DNA of 37,076 bases from Synechococcus sp. PNGco_S_binSS4 (GTDB taxonomy: Bacteria > Cyanobacteriota > Cyanobacteriia > PCC-6307 > Cyanobiaceae): positions 1-37,076 of the forward strand of contig RKSC01000168.1 of NCBI GenBank assembly GCA_007571085.1, in the 5' to 3' direction. The notes below the pieces were generated by a model. It worked only from the letters and a program-made list of their open reading frames with translations. It was not told where the DNA came from and made no database searches. This document shows positions 1-11,132 of this stretch, piece by piece. A program made the position numbers and the translations under genes. Position 1 is the first letter of the stretch. Each line of letters begins with the position of its first letter.

Positions 1-1004
1 TCCCGATACCAGCCCACAAACTGCTCCAGGCCATGGCGCAAACTGGTGTTGGGCTGAAAATCCACAGCCTGTTGTAGGGCTGACACATCAGCATGGGTCT
101 GTTGCACATCCCCTGCTTGCATGGGCATGAACTCCACAATGGCTTTCTCTCCCAAGGCCTCCTCCAAAAGCTCGATGAACTCCAGCAGGGGCACCGGGCT
201 CTGGTTGCCAATGTTGAACACACGCCATGGGCCATAGCTGGTGGCCGCTGTAACCTGCTCCTCCATGGGCCGGGGCTGGGGTGGTTTGGCCAGTAGGCGC
301 ACCAGACTGTCCACCACGTCGTCCACATAGGTGAAATCCCGTCCCATGCGCCCGTGGTTAAACACCTGGAGCGGCTCCCCTGCCAAGATTTTTTGGGTGA
401 AGGTCCAATAGGCCATATCCGGCCGGCCCCATGGGCCATAAACAGTGAAAAACCGCAGCCCTGTGCAGGGCAGCCCATAGAGATGGCTGTAGGTGTGAGC
501 CATGAGCTCATTGGCCTTTTTCGTGGCCCCGTAAAGGCTCACAGGGTGATCCACCGGATCCTCCTCCGCAAAAGGCAGCTTGCGGTTGGCCCCATAGACC
601 GAGCTGCTGCTGGCATAGATCAAGTGGGGCACTTGCTGCTGACGACACCCCTCCAACACATGGCCAAAGGCCACCAAGTTGCTGTTGATGTAGGCAGAAG
701 GATTCTCTAGGGAGTAGCGCACCCCAGCCTGGGCCGCCAGATGGACCACCGCAGCAAAGTGGTGCCCAGCAAAGAGGGCAGCACAGTCATGGCCCCGGGC
801 CAGGTCCATTTCCACAAACTGGAACTGGGGCCACAGCCCCAACTGGGCCAGGCGGTCCCGTTTTAGCCGGGGAGAATAGTAGCCATTGCAGTTGTCTATG
901 CCCACCACAGGCACCTGGGCCTGGAGCAAGGCCCGGCTCAGGTGAAAACCGATGAAGCCAGCCGCTCCTGTAACCAGAACTGGCTCAGCCTGATGTGCGC
1001 CCAT
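1..1004 (-). CDS. NAD-dependent epimerase/dehydratase, UDP-glucuronate 4-epimerase-like (3' end runs off the window)
   Basis: Not in ORF track. Manual minus-strand translation from ATG 1004 gives MGAHQAEPVLVTGAAGFIGFH (Rossmann GxxGxxG). Near base 1 it reads PMQAGDVQQTHADVSALQQAVDFQPNTSLRHGLEQFVGWY, the typical family C-terminus. Confidence 0.9.
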   Translation of the reverse strand, partial: MGAHQAEPVLVTGAAGFIGFHLSRALLQAQVPVVGIDNCNGYYSPRLKRDRLAQLGLWPQFQFVEMDLARGHDCAALFAGHHFAAVVHLAAQAGVRYSLENPSAYINSNLVAFGHVLEGCRQQQVPHLIYASSSSVYGANRKLPFAEEDPVDHPVSLYGATKKANELMAHTYSHLYGLPCTGLRFFTVYGPWGRPDMAYWTFTQKILAGEPLQVFNHGRMGRDFTYVDDVVDSLVRLLAKPPQPRPMEEQVTAATSYGPWRVFNIGNQSPVPLLEFIELLEEALGEKAIVEFMPMQAGDVQQTHADVSALQQAVDFQPNTSLRHGLEQFVGWYR

Positions 1005-2421
1005 AGTGATCTTCAAAACGGACAATATCGTCTTCCCCTAGGTAGGCTCCACTCTGCACTTCGATGAGCTCCAGGGGAATCCGGCCAGGATTGCTGAGGC
1101 GATGGTGGCAGCCCAGGGGAATGTAGGTGCTCTGATTCTCGCTGAGCAGCATGGTGTCCCCATCGCGCTCCACCCGGGCTGTGCCTTGCACAACCACCCA
1201 ATGCTCAGCCCGATGGTGATGCATCTGCAACGACAGGGAGCAGCCTGGTTTCACGTGAATTCTCTTCACCTGCCACCGCTCCCCCTCCACCCCGGTGTCG
1301 TAGTGGCCCCATGGTCGATAGATGCACTGGTGGGCTTGTATTTCCCGCGCGCCGGCACCATGAAGACGCTCCACCGCTTGTTTCACAGCCTGTGTCTGGT
1401 CCCGTCTAGCCACCAGCACGGCATCCTTGGTTTCCACCACCACCAGATCCTCAAGACCCAAGCCCATTACTAGGCGGTGTTCGCTGCGCAGGTAGCAATT
1501 GCGCACGTTCTCATGGAATACCCGCCCCCAGATGGCGTTGCCCTGCCCATCTTGATCCCCTTTCTCCCAGAGGGCCTCCCAGCTGCCCACATCACTCCAG
1601 CCTGCCTCTAGGGGGGCCACACTGCCCAGGTTGGTCTTTTCCATCACGGCCACATCAATGGCCAAGGGGGGGCAGCGACGGAAGGTCTCCGGCTCTAGGC
1701 GGAGGAAGTCCAGATCCCTCTGGGCCTGTTGAAGGGATGCGCTGGCGGCCTGCAGCAGCTCAGGTGCATAGCGCTCCAACTCCCCCAACATCACACCAGC
1801 ACGAAACAGAAAAATGCCACTGTTCCAGCTGAAGTTTCCCTGGGCCATAAAGGCCTGGGCCCGCTCACGGCTGGGCTTCTCCACAAAGCGCCCAATGGGA
1901 TTTAGGCCAAACTTGTCCGGTTGGGAATCGGCTTCAATGTAGCCGTAGCCAGTGGCAGGGGTGGTGGGCACCACACCAAAGGTCACCAGCCGGCCCCCTA
2001 AGGCAGCGGGCATGCCCTGGCTAATGGTGGCCCGGAAGGCCTCAGGATGGGCAATGGCGTGGTCAGCTGCCAAGATCAGCAGCAGGGGATCCTCCTGGTT
2101 CTTGTTCCTGGCTTGAAGACTGGCAACAGCCACCGCTGGGGCCGTGTTGCGGCCTACGGGCTCCAGCACAATGGCCCCGGGCTCCATGTTGATGGTGCGT
2201 AACTGCTCAGCCACAATGAAGCGGTGGTCATCGTTGCAGATCAGCAGGGGTGGCTGTAGCCCCGGCAGACCCTTCAACCGCAGTAGGGTTTGCTGCAGAA
2301 GGGTTTCCTTGCCCATGAGGGAAAGAAACTGCTTGGGATAGGTGGCCCGGGACAGGGGCCAGAGCCGGGTGCCCACACCTCCGCACAGCACAACCGGAAT
2401 CACAGCTTTGGGTGAGGCCAT
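985..2421 (-). CDS. manC: Mannose-1-phosphate guanylyltransferase / mannose-6-phosphate isomerase
   Basis: LCGGVGTRLWPLSR, PKQF, EPVGRNTAPA, FVEKP, WSDVGSW, and a C-terminal cupin (RPWG, SLQMHHHRAEHW). ATG 2421 overlaps the rimM stop (TGATG). Confidence 0.95.
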   Translation of the reverse strand: MASPKAVIPVVLCGGVGTRLWPLSRATYPKQFLSLMGKETLLQQTLLRLKGLPGLQPPLLICNDDHRFIVAEQLRTINMEPGAIVLEPVGRNTAPAVAVASLQARNKNQEDPLLLILAADHAIAHPEAFRATISQGMPAALGGRLVTFGVVPTTPATGYGYIEADSQPDKFGLNPIGRFVEKPSRERAQAFMAQGNFSWNSGIFLFRAGVMLGELERYAPELLQAASASLQQAQRDLDFLRLEPETFRRCPPLAIDVAVMEKTNLGSVAPLEAGWSDVGSWEALWEKGDQDGQGNAIWGRVFHENVRNCYLRSEHRLVMGLGLEDLVVVETKDAVLVARRDQTQAVKQAVERLHGAGAREIQAHQCIYRPWGHYDTGVEGERWQVKRIHVKPGCSLSLQMHHHRAEHWVVVQGTARVERDGDTMLLSENQSTYIPLGCHHRLSNPGRIPLELIEVQSGAYLGEDDIVRFEDHYGRTSG

Positions 2422-3011
2422 CAGGATTCGGGCCGATGATCTGAGCCTATGGCATCCACTGGTGTGGATTCTGTTTCCCCTGGCAAGAGTCCTTCCGGTG
2501 GGTCCAGTAGGAGCCACCCCTCATTGATGTGCACCTGGGGAACGATGGCCTTCACAAAAGGCACCAAGATGGATTGCCCCCCAGCCATGGGACGAACCTC
2601 TATCAGGTCATTGCCCCCGTGGAGCAGGTTCACCACCGTGCCCAGGGCTGGACCTGCCGGATCCAATCGCACCTCTAAGCCCTCCAGGTCTAAGAGATGG
2701 AACTCACCCTCCCCCAAGGCCGGGCGGCTGGTGCCATCCACCAGAAGACGGTGCTGAATCAATTTCTCCGCCTGGCTCCGTGTCTCAATGCCCTTGAGCA
2801 CAATCCCATAAAGACCCCTGCGGGGCAGGGAACGACCCCGCAGCAATTCCACCAGTCGAGGAGGCTCATGTCCCCTCTGCAACCAGCGGGGACCAGGCTC
2901 CAGAAAGCGCTCCGGGAAGTCACTGCAGGGCAAAATCCGCAGTTCTCCCTTCAATCCCTGAGGGGCCACCACCAGGCCAATCTCAATCAGTGGAGGAACA
3001 ACCCTAACCAA
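2421..3011 (-). CDS. rimM: Ribosome maturation factor RimM
   Basis: IGLVVAPQGLKGELRI, SDFPERF, EFHLLDLEGL, GNDLIEV, LVPFVKAIVP, PPEGLL. Confidence 0.93.
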   Translation of the reverse strand: MVRVVPPLIEIGLVVAPQGLKGELRILPCSDFPERFLEPGPRWLQRGHEPPRLVELLRGRSLPRRGLYGIVLKGIETRSQAEKLIQHRLLVDGTSRPALGEGEFHLLDLEGLEVRLDPAGPALGTVVNLLHGGNDLIEVRPMAGGQSILVPFVKAIVPQVHINEGWLLLDPPEGLLPGETESTPVDAIGSDHRPES

Positions 3012-3017
3012 TGCTCC

Positions 3018-3054
3018 CTAGGCTAAAAGCTGGCAACTAGGCTAAAAGCTGGCA
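3018..3054. repeat. 19-bp tandem duplication (ctaggctaaaagctggca[a/c]) x2
   Basis: Read directly in the rimM / hypothetical divergent intergenic region. Confidence 0.9.
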
Positions 3055-3111
3055 CCGGAATGCTTGCTTTTAGGGCATAATGGGGATAGGAATAGATTCC
3101 CAATTAAGCCA

Positions 3112-3507
3112 ATGCACAAACCTCTAAGACTCACCTCCCCTTTACTTGCCACCCTCATGGGGCTAGGATTGGTGACTGTGGTGGCCGTGGGAATGAAGAT
3201 GGGGAGCCCCAGCAGAGCCAGCCCCTCTGACCTGCTCCACCTGGTCAAAAGTAACCCCCGTAAGGCTGAGATGCTGTGCAAGCGATTCCAAGCCTTGAAT
3301 GCCAATGGCAATAGTGTCTACTCCTCCCTGGTTCCCAAGCAGGCTTCTACTCTGACAACTACGGTACTGACCGCTACGGTCACACCTCCATCAGTCTACT
3401 CCCCCCTAGCTCTGAATCAGCTTTCTCCAGACACTAAGCTCACCCCTGGGGAAGCCGAGATAGTTGTCACCTATGTGATTGGCCTCCATTGCCCTGGAGT
3501 GCAGTAG
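3112..3507 (+). CDS. Conserved picocyanobacterial exported hypothetical protein with a Thr-rich insert
   Basis: Hydrophobic N-terminus; LCKRFQALNA...AEIVVTYVIGLHCPGV two-Cys pattern; lies upstream of CocE/glgB. Confidence 0.7.
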   Translation: MHKPLRLTSPLLATLMGLGLVTVVAVGMKMGSPSRASPSDLLHLVKSNPRKAEMLCKRFQALNANGNSVYSSLVPKQASTLTTTVLTATVTPPSVYSPLALNQLSPDTKLTPGEAEIVVTYVIGLHCPGVQ

Positions 3508-3551
3508 CTGGTGTGAACTAACTGGAGTGAGCTAAAAGGAACTCCACTGTA

Positions 3552-5198
3552 ATGGTGGGGTCAATATTGGGGCCTCCCATGGATGGTACCAGCACTCTCC
3601 ATGGGGTCATCCATGGGCAGCGACGGTTGCAGTTACCCGATGGTGTCAGCCTCCAGTCCAGCTGTTGGAGGCCCCGCCGGGGCGGGCCATGGCCCGCACT
3701 GCTCATGCGTCAGCCCTACGGGCGAGATCTGGCCTCAACCCTGGTCTATGCCCACCCCTCCTGGTATGCCGCCCAGGGCTACCTGGTGGTCATTCAGGAC
3801 GTGCGGGGTTGTGGGGACTCCGGTGGCCAATTCCGCCTCTTCACCCATGAGGCCCATGATGGTGCTCATACCATCACCTGGCTACGGGCACAACCGGACT
3901 GCAATGGCCGGGTTGGCTGTTATGGCTTTTCCTACCAGGGGCTCACCCAGCTGCTCTGGGACGGACCAGAGGTGCCTGATTGCACCGCCCCGGCCATGGC
4001 CGGGCCCAGCCTGCAACACCATTGGTGCCGTGATGGTCAGGCGGATTGGTGGATTTTAGGACTGGCCTGGGCCCTCCAGCTGGCAGCTGGAGCCTGTAAG
4101 CGACGGGGGGATGGGGTGGCCCACAGGCGAATCCGCAAAGCCCTTGATAGCCAAAACTTTCTTGAAGAGGGCTGGAGCCTTCTCCAACAGGTGGATCCCC
4201 AGAACCACCTCCTGCGCTGGTGGGTAGCTGACTGGGAGTCACCGGTGGTGGATTGCAGCCTAAAAGCTGTCCTACAGCGGCCCATGTTGCTGATTGGGGG
4301 CTGGTATGACCCCTACCTGCGAGGCACCATGGCCCTCTATGACCAAAGCCTGATGGCTGGTGGCGCCCCCCAGCTGGTGGTGGGTCCATGGACCCATGTG
4401 AACTGGCACGGTGGCCAGCTGGATCAGCGGCAGTTGGCTTTCTTTAACCACCACCTTAAGGATTGCCCCCCAGAGCAGCCTCCCCATTCTGTTCAGCTCT
4501 TTGATAGTGGTTGTGGGAGCTGGTTGTCTAGTCCCCACTGGCCCATCACCCTGGTGGAGCGTTTTTGGTTGCGTGGTACGGGCCTCAGCGCCGTGGATAC
4601 CCAGGCCGGTGTCCTGCTTTTTGAGTCTGAACAGGCCATGGCTGGGGGCTGGGATCGACTGGTGCTGGATCCATGGCGTCCCACACCGGCGCGAGGTGGC
4701 CATCTGGACCTGGGGGCCGGGCCCACAGACCGCTACGACTTAGATTGCCGCAGCGATGTGCTCACCTTCACCACCAGGCCCCTGGATCAGCCCCTGACCC
4801 TGGGGGGTACGGTCCAGCTGCGGCTGAAGGCTGCCAGTGAGGGGAAGGGCTTTGATCTTTGCTGCACCCTCTCCCAGATGCTGGAGCCAGATGGAGATGG
4901 CCAGGTACGGGTGGAGCAGCTCTCCATGGGGGTGGAGCGCTGGCTAGGAGCTGGGGCTCAGATCCTCAATTGGCGTCAGGTTCAGTTCCAACCCCTGGTG
5001 CAAACCGTGCCAGCAGGGGTGCGACTGCGCCTGTCCATCGCTTTGGCCGGCTGGCCCCTAATTGGCATCAACCCAGGGGACGGACGTGCTCCCCATGGTG
5101 CAGCGGCCCACGAACGCCATGGGGTGGTGGTGAGTTTTTGTTGGGATGGAGCCTGGCTGCAGCTGCCACTACAGCAGAGCAAAAAGGTGGCCGCTTAG
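3552..5198 (+). CDS. CocE/NonD family hydrolase
   Basis: [19 protein letters not shown], nucleophile GFSYQG, GGWYD, GPWTH. Start may be slightly downstream. Confidence 0.9.
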   Translation: MVGSILGPPMDGTSTLHGVIHGQRRLQLPDGVSLQSSCWRPRRGGPWPALLMRQPYGRDLASTLVYAHPSWYAAQGYLVVIQDVRGCGDSGGQFRLFTHEAHDGAHTITWLRAQPDCNGRVGCYGFSYQGLTQLLWDGPEVPDCTAPAMAGPSLQHHWCRDGQADWWILGLAWALQLAAGACKRRGDGVAHRRIRKALDSQNFLEEGWSLLQQVDPQNHLLRWWVADWESPVVDCSLKAVLQRPMLLIGGWYDPYLRGTMALYDQSLMAGGAPQLVVGPWTHVNWHGGQLDQRQLAFFNHHLKDCPPEQPPHSVQLFDSGCGSWLSSPHWPITLVERFWLRGTGLSAVDTQAGVLLFESEQAMAGGWDRLVLDPWRPTPARGGHLDLGAGPTDRYDLDCRSDVLTFTTRPLDQPLTLGGTVQLRLKAASEGKGFDLCCTLSQMLEPDGDGQVRVEQLSMGVERWLGAGAQILNWRQVQFQPLVQTVPAGVRLRLSIALAGWPLIGINPGDGRAPHGAAAHERHGVVVSFCWDGAWLQLPLQQSKKVAA

Positions 5199-5224
5199 GC
5201 TCCTACTTAGTCTCCATTCTCCCT

Positions 5225-7537
5225 GTGGTTGAGCACCCTGAAGGGCTCGTTCAAGCAGCTGAGCAACTAGCCAGCTGCCGTTACCATGAGCCCTACGCCA
5301 TTCTTGGCCCCCACCTTCTCCCTGGTGGGGACCATGTGGTGCGCGCCTGGTTACCGGATGCGGAGCGGGTAGAGCTGGTGCTCCAGGATAAGGTGCTGCC
5401 CATGGAGGCAGTCCATCATCCATGGCTGTTTGAGCAGCAGCTGAAGACCGATCCCGGAAGCACCTACCAGCTGCAGCTACAACGGGGCACCATCAACAGC
5501 CGTCAACATGACCCCTACAGCTTCCGCCAGGAGTGGATGGGTGAGTTGGACCGCCACCTCTTTGCTGAGGGGAATCATCACCACATCTGGACCCGCATGG
5601 GTGCCCATCAGATTCAGCAGGCTGGCATCAGTGGTGTTCAGTTTTGTCTCTGGGCCCCCAATGCAGTGGGTGTGTCCGTGGTTGGTGCCTTTAATGGCTG
5701 GGATGGGCGCATGCACCCAGCCCAAAAGCGCCTCGGGGGCATCTGGGAGCTGTTTATTCCTGGTTTGGGGGAAGGGGACCTCTATAAATATGAGATCCAA
5801 ACCCGCCATGGCCATCCCTACACCAAGGCGGATCCCTACGGATTTCACCATGAGGTGCGCCCTGCCACCGCCTCTGTGGTGAGCCGGAGCCAGTTTGCCT
5901 GGAGTGATGAGGACTGGGTTCGCCAGCGAGATGGGCAAAATCCCCTGGAGCAGCCCATTGCCATCTATGAGATGCACCTGGGCAGCTGGCTCCACGCTGA
6001 TAGTAACCAGCCCTATGTGGAACCTGACGGCACCACCCGCTCACCGGTGCCTGCCAATGACATGAAGCCGGGAACACGGCTACTCACCTATGGGGAATTG
6101 GCAGATAAGGTTATACCCTATGTTAAGGCACGTGGCTTTACCCATATTGAGCTGATGCCCATCACGGAGCACCCCTTCGAGGGTTCCTGGGGTTATCAGG
6201 TGACGGGTTGGTATGCCCCCACCAGTCGCTATGGGAAACCCGATGAATTCCGTGCCTTTGTGAATCGCTGCCATGGCCATGGCATCGGTGTTATTTTGGA
6301 TTGGGTGCCAGGACATTTTCCAAAAGATAGCCATGGCTTGGCATATTTTGATGGTGATTTCCTCTATGAACATGGCGACCCACGCATCGGTGAACATAAA
6401 GAATGGGGGACACTGATTTTCAATTATAGCCGCAATGAGGTGCGCAACTTCCTGGTGGCCAGTGCCCTGTTCTGGATTAGTGAGTTCCACATTGACGGCA
6501 TTCGCGTGGATGCAGTTGCCTCCATGCTCTACCGGGACTATCTCCGTCCAGAAGGAGAATGGTTACCCAATGAACATGGTGGCCGGGAAAACAAGGAAGC
6601 AGTGACTTTCCTTCAGCAGCTCAACGCAACCCTCTTCAAATACTTCCCCGGAGTCCTATCCATTGCGGAAGAGTCAACGGAGTGGCCAGGTGTTACCCAA
6701 CCTCCCAGTGAGCGTAATGGTGATGCCCTAGGTTTCAATCTCAAATGGAACATGGGCTGGATGCATGACATGTTAGATTACTTTGCTATGGATTCATGGT
6801 TCCGACAATTTCACCAGAATCTGATTACCTTTTCCATGATGTACTACCATAGCGAAAACTTCATGCTAGCCCTTTCCCATGATGAGGTGGTGCATGAGAA
6901 GAGCCATTTGTTGCATAAAATGCCAGGGGATGACTGGCGTAAGTTCGCCAACACCCGGGCCCTTCTATCCTATATGTGGACCCATCCTGGCAAGAAAACA
7001 ATTTTTATGGGTATGGAGTTTGGCCAGCGTGGGGAATGGAATGTCTGGGATGACCTGGAATGGGATAAAATGCAATATCCTGATCATCAGAAGCTCATGA
7101 AAATGATTGATGACATGAACGCCCTCTACAAGTCTGAACCAGCTCTCTGGCGAGAGGACTTTCACACCAACGGCTTTCAATGGATCCACTGTGATGATAA
7201 CCGCAACAGTGTTATCAGCTTCATGCGACGGGATGAGCACAGTCAACGTTGGTTGGTTGTGGTTTGTAACTTTACTCCAAATCCCCACAAGAGCTATCGC
7301 ATTGGTGTGCCCCTGGATGGCTGGTATGGAGAAATCTTCAACAGCGATGCAGAAATCTATGGAGGCGGTAACTTGGGGAACATGGGAGGTCGCTTTACAG
7401 ACCCCTGGCCCATGCACAGCTATCCTCACTCCCTGGATCTGTGCTTACCTCCCTTAAGTACAGTCATCTTCCGCCACAGCTCCCATGGTCCCCACCAGGA
7501 AGAAGCCGTAGCGACTGTTCCTGTTCCATCGCATTGA
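5225..7537 (+). CDS. glgB: 1,4-alpha-glucan branching enzyme
   Basis: [42 protein letters not shown]. Likely GTG start at 5225; the ORF-track start at 4859 overlaps CocE. Confidence 0.97.
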   Translation: MVEHPEGLVQAAEQLASCRYHEPYAILGPHLLPGGDHVVRAWLPDAERVELVLQDKVLPMEAVHHPWLFEQQLKTDPGSTYQLQLQRGTINSRQHDPYSFRQEWMGELDRHLFAEGNHHHIWTRMGAHQIQQAGISGVQFCLWAPNAVGVSVVGAFNGWDGRMHPAQKRLGGIWELFIPGLGEGDLYKYEIQTRHGHPYTKADPYGFHHEVRPATASVVSRSQFAWSDEDWVRQRDGQNPLEQPIAIYEMHLGSWLHADSNQPYVEPDGTTRSPVPANDMKPGTRLLTYGELADKVIPYVKARGFTHIELMPITEHPFEGSWGYQVTGWYAPTSRYGKPDEFRAFVNRCHGHGIGVILDWVPGHFPKDSHGLAYFDGDFLYEHGDPRIGEHKEWGTLIFNYSRNEVRNFLVASALFWISEFHIDGIRVDAVASMLYRDYLRPEGEWLPNEHGGRENKEAVTFLQQLNATLFKYFPGVLSIAEESTEWPGVTQPPSERNGDALGFNLKWNMGWMHDMLDYFAMDSWFRQFHQNLITFSMMYYHSENFMLALSHDEVVHEKSHLLHKMPGDDWRKFANTRALLSYMWTHPGKKTIFMGMEFGQRGEWNVWDDLEWDKMQYPDHQKLMKMIDDMNALYKSEPALWREDFHTNGFQWIHCDDNRNSVISFMRRDEHSQRWLVVVCNFTPNPHKSYRIGVPLDGWYGEIFNSDAEIYGGGNLGNMGGRFTDPWPMHSYPHSLDLCLPPLSTVIFRHSSHGPHQEEAVATVPVPSH

Positions 7538-7548
7538 TGCTTGCCTCA

Positions 7549-8601
7549 ATGGCCGATTCCCTTCCTCTGCTTCTCCGTGCCGCTTTAGGTGAACCCACCT
7601 GGCGCACACCCGTCTGGATGATGCGCCAGGCGGGACGCTACATGAAGGCCTATCGACAGCTGCGGGACCGTTACCCCACCTTTCGGGAGCGCTCTGAAAA
7701 CCCTGAGCTCTCCTATGAGATCTCCATGCAGCCCTTTGAGGCATTTCACCCGGATGGGGTGATCCTGTTCTCAGATATCCTGACGCCCCTGCCAGGGATG
7801 GGCATTGACTTTGACATCATTGAAAGTCATGGTCCCCTGATTCCCCAACCCATCCGCAGCCAGGCCCAAGTTGATGCCTTACGCCCCTTAGAACCAGCTG
7901 ATTCCCTGCCCTTTGTGGGACATGTGCTGACCCGGTTGCGCCAGGCAGTGGGTAATAGTGCGGCAGTCTTGGGATTTGTGGGTGCCCCCTGGACCCTGGC
8001 TGCCTATGCCGTGGAGGGCAAAAGCAGTAAAACCTATGGGGTGATCAAGGCCATGGCCTTCCGGGAGCCAGCCCTGCTGCACCAACTCCTGGCCCACCTG
8101 GCGGATGGAATTGCCACCTACGTGCGTTACCAGATTGATTCCGGTGCCCAGGTGGTGCAAATCTTTGACTCCTGGGCTGGTCAACTGAGCCCCCAGGACT
8201 ATGACGTCTTTGCAGGACCCTACCAACAGCGTCTGATCCGCCAAGTGAAGCAGACCCACCCGGAAACCCCCCTCATCCTTTACATCTCCGGCAGTGCAGG
8301 GGTGTTGGAACGCATGGGAACCAGTGGGGCGGACATTATTAGTCTGGATTGGACCGTGGACATGGCAGACGGCCTGGCCCGACTCCCTGAACAGTTGGGT
8401 GTCCAGGGGAATGTGGATCCCGGTATTCTCTTCGGCAGCCCTGAAATGATCTGTGCCCGCATTGAGGACACACTCCACAAGGCCCAGGGACGGCGCCACA
8501 TCCTGAATCTGGGCCATGGCATTTTGCCCGGCACCCCTGAGGAGAATGCCCGCCTGTTTTTTGAGGCTGGTAAGCGCTTGGGGGCCAAGCCGGTTGCCTG
8601 A
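7549..8601 (+). CDS. hemE: Uroporphyrinogen decarboxylase
   Basis: [44 protein letters not shown]. Alternative ATG at 7537. Confidence 0.97.
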   Translation: MADSLPLLLRAALGEPTWRTPVWMMRQAGRYMKAYRQLRDRYPTFRERSENPELSYEISMQPFEAFHPDGVILFSDILTPLPGMGIDFDIIESHGPLIPQPIRSQAQVDALRPLEPADSLPFVGHVLTRLRQAVGNSAAVLGFVGAPWTLAAYAVEGKSSKTYGVIKAMAFREPALLHQLLAHLADGIATYVRYQIDSGAQVVQIFDSWAGQLSPQDYDVFAGPYQQRLIRQVKQTHPETPLILYISGSAGVLERMGTSGADIISLDWTVDMADGLARLPEQLGVQGNVDPGILFGSPEMICARIEDTLHKAQGRRHILNLGHGILPGTPEENARLFFEAGKRLGAKPVA

Positions 8602-8621
8602 TTCCCTCCCTTATTGCCCAC

Positions 8622-9644
8622 GTGAGCTTGTCTGAGCCCAGTCGTATTCTCATTACTGGCGCCAGTGGCTCCATTGGCCAGGCGGTGACCGCATGGTTGC
8701 TCAAACACACCACTGCCCAACTACTGCTCTGGCTACGCCAGCCCCATAAACTCACCGCCGTTGATCAGAGCCATCCCCGCCTGGAGCTGCTGGTGGGGGA
8801 TCTGCGCCAACCCCAGGCTTTCCGCCAGCAGCTGGCCAGTGTAGATCGGGTTATTCATACGGCCACCGCCTGGGGAGATCCTGACCGTGCCTGGGCAGTC
8901 AATGTGGAGGCCGTGAAGGATCTCCTTGCCCACCTTGACCACCAGCGGCTCCAGCAGGTGCTCTATTTCTCCACCGCCAGTATTCTGGACCATGACTTGG
9001 AGCTGCTGGCAGAGGCCCAGCAGTGGGGCACGGAGTACATCCAGACCAAGTACAGCTGCCTACGCCAGCTGATGGCCCATCCGCTCCGGCAAAAGATTGT
9101 GGCCATCTTCCCCACCCTCATCTTTTCCGGTCGGGTTGATGGCCGGGACCCATTGCCCACCAGCTACCTGACCGCTGGCTTGGGATCTGCCATGGGGTGG
9201 CTTTGGCTGATGCGTTTCCTGCGGGTGAAGGCCAGTTACCACTACATCCATGGAGAGGATGTGGCCAGTATCTGTGGCCACCTGCTCACCACACCACATC
9301 GGCAGGGCCCAGAGCACTGGGGTGGTATGTGCCGCTATGTGTTGGGTCAGGCACCCCTAACCGTCAATGGCACCATGGCCCAGCTCTGCCGCTACCGCCA
9401 CATGGCCTATCCACCCGGTCTGGAGCTGCGGCCCTGGTTGTTGGAGGCCTTGGTGGCCCTGTTGCCCATTCAGCTGAGCCAGTGGGATCGCTTCACCATG
9501 CAGCGGCGCCACTTTGTCCATCATCCCATCACCCGCCCTGAAAGCTTCGGGCTCAGGTCCCGCTTCCCTGACCTGGCCACCGTCTTATGGGCAGCCGGTG
9601 TTCCCCGACGGGGCCCCATAACCGCTCCCCCCTCAAGCCCGTAA
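8622..9644 (+). CDS. NAD-dependent epimerase/dehydratase family protein
   Basis: ILITGASGSIG, HTATAWG, FSTASIL, YIQTK (YxxxK); usual position between hemE and petE. Confidence 0.88.
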   Translation: MSLSEPSRILITGASGSIGQAVTAWLLKHTTAQLLLWLRQPHKLTAVDQSHPRLELLVGDLRQPQAFRQQLASVDRVIHTATAWGDPDRAWAVNVEAVKDLLAHLDHQRLQQVLYFSTASILDHDLELLAEAQQWGTEYIQTKYSCLRQLMAHPLRQKIVAIFPTLIFSGRVDGRDPLPTSYLTAGLGSAMGWLWLMRFLRVKASYHYIHGEDVASICGHLLTTPHRQGPEHWGGMCRYVLGQAPLTVNGTMAQLCRYRHMAYPPGLELRPWLLEALVALLPIQLSQWDRFTMQRRHFVHHPITRPESFGLRSRFPDLATVLWAAGVPRRGPITAPPSSP

Positions 9645-9709
9645 CACTTCTCAAATCCATGGCAGACTCCATGGCAGGGGAGCCTGGAACACCATTAAGC
9701 TGGTGAGCA

Positions 9710-10081
9710 GTGACTGAACATGCCATGTCTCGCCTTCTGGGCACCTGCCTTGCTGTTGTTCTGGGCCTTGTTAGTCTTTTGGGGTGGGGGTCCACCGCCG
9801 CTGCTGCCACCTTCGAGGTGATCATGGGAACTGATAGTGGCCTCCTAGCCTTTGAGCCCAGCAGCCTTACCATCAGTGCCGGTGATACGGTCAGGTTTGT
9901 TAACAACTCACTGGGACCCCACAACGCTGTGGTGGAAGGGCATGGGGAATTGAGCCATGCAGATCTGGCCTTCGCCCCTGGAGAAAGCTGGGATACAACC
10001 TTCTCCGACCCAGGCAGCTACAGCTACTACTGCGAGCCCCATCGTGGTGCAGGCATGGTGGGCACCATCACGGTTGAGTGA
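9710..10081 (+). CDS. petE: Plastocyanin precursor
   Basis: Signal peptide, LAFEPS, PHN, and copper ligands [11 protein letters not shown]. Alternative ATG at 9725. Confidence 0.96.
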   Translation: MTEHAMSRLLGTCLAVVLGLVSLLGWGSTAAAATFEVIMGTDSGLLAFEPSSLTISAGDTVRFVNNSLGPHNAVVEGHGELSHADLAFAPGESWDTTFSDPGSYSYYCEPHRGAGMVGTITVE

Positions 10082-10225
10082 TTCAGTTGGTTGGGTGCTT
10101 GTGGTGTGGGAAGCAAGGCCCATCGCTGGACCTATGCTTGCCCAGCCACCCACTGGTTCAGCGGCTGCCCTATGGCACCACTTCCACCTTGCAACGGGTA
10201 GCTGAGCAAACCACGGTCAAGGGCC

Positions 10226-11132
10226 ATGGCCTTACCACACCCAATCCCTTATCAGGGGAGCAACCGAAAGCTGGCTCCCGCCATTGCCCCATATCTGCCG
10301 GAAGAGATCTCAACCTTCTATGAGCCCTTCGCCGGGTCAGGGGCAATGACCATCTACGCAGCCCATCATCGTCTTGCTTCGCGATTCGTAGTGGCAGACA
10401 GCCTGGCACCGATCATAGATCTTCTCCGGGCCATTGTGGAAGAGCCCGAGAAAACTGCCGCCAGATACCGAGCTTTGTGGCACGGCCAAACCACCAGGGA
10501 CGGTGGCTATTTCAACCGCGTCCGGGATCGCTACAACAAAACTGGTCACCATGTGGATTTGCTATACTTAATATGCCGCTGTGTCAAAAATGCAGTCCGC
10601 TTCAATCGATCCGGAAGCTTCACCCAATCCGTTGATAAGCGTCGTCTCGGAATGCATCCAGACAAGATGCAAGGGGCAATCCTTAGAGTCTCAGCCATTC
10701 TCCGAGGCCGCGTTGAATTCCCCATCGGGGACTGGCTAGAAACAACGGCGGACGCCATGGCTGCTGATTTCCTCTACATGGACCCCCCCCCTATCTTGGC
10801 ACCTCCATTGGCCGGGACAAGCGATACCATCAGCAAATGATGCAGGAGGAATTGGTTAGGGGCCTGGAAAACCTGCGTTCTAGGCGAATACCGTTTGCCC
10901 TCTCCTATGATGGGGCCACTGGCAGCAGGGAGTACGGCCCGCCATTGCCCGAAGCCCTGGGCCTTACTGCCTCTTGCTCCATGCCGGCCCGTCCTCTCAA
11001 GCAACCCTGAACGGTGGTAGGGAAGAAACTGTCGAGAGCCTCTATCTAACCCCTGGCTTGACCCCTGTTCATCCCGTCATCCAGGACTACAAACAACTCA
11101 GCCTAAGTCTGGCGCCAGTAGCCTCTTTATGA
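10226..11132 (+). pseudogene. Dam/D12-class N6-adenine DNA methyltransferase (M.SphI-like), two frameshifts
   Basis: PIPYQGSNR, YEPFAGSG, RFN. The catalytic YMDPP(Y) is broken in a C9 run (10783-10791). The next frame reads YLGTSIGRDKRYHQ...LSYDG...LPEALGLT. After a second shift near 10968 it reads LLLHAGPSSQATLNG...ETVESLYL to TGA 11132. Confidence 0.88.
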
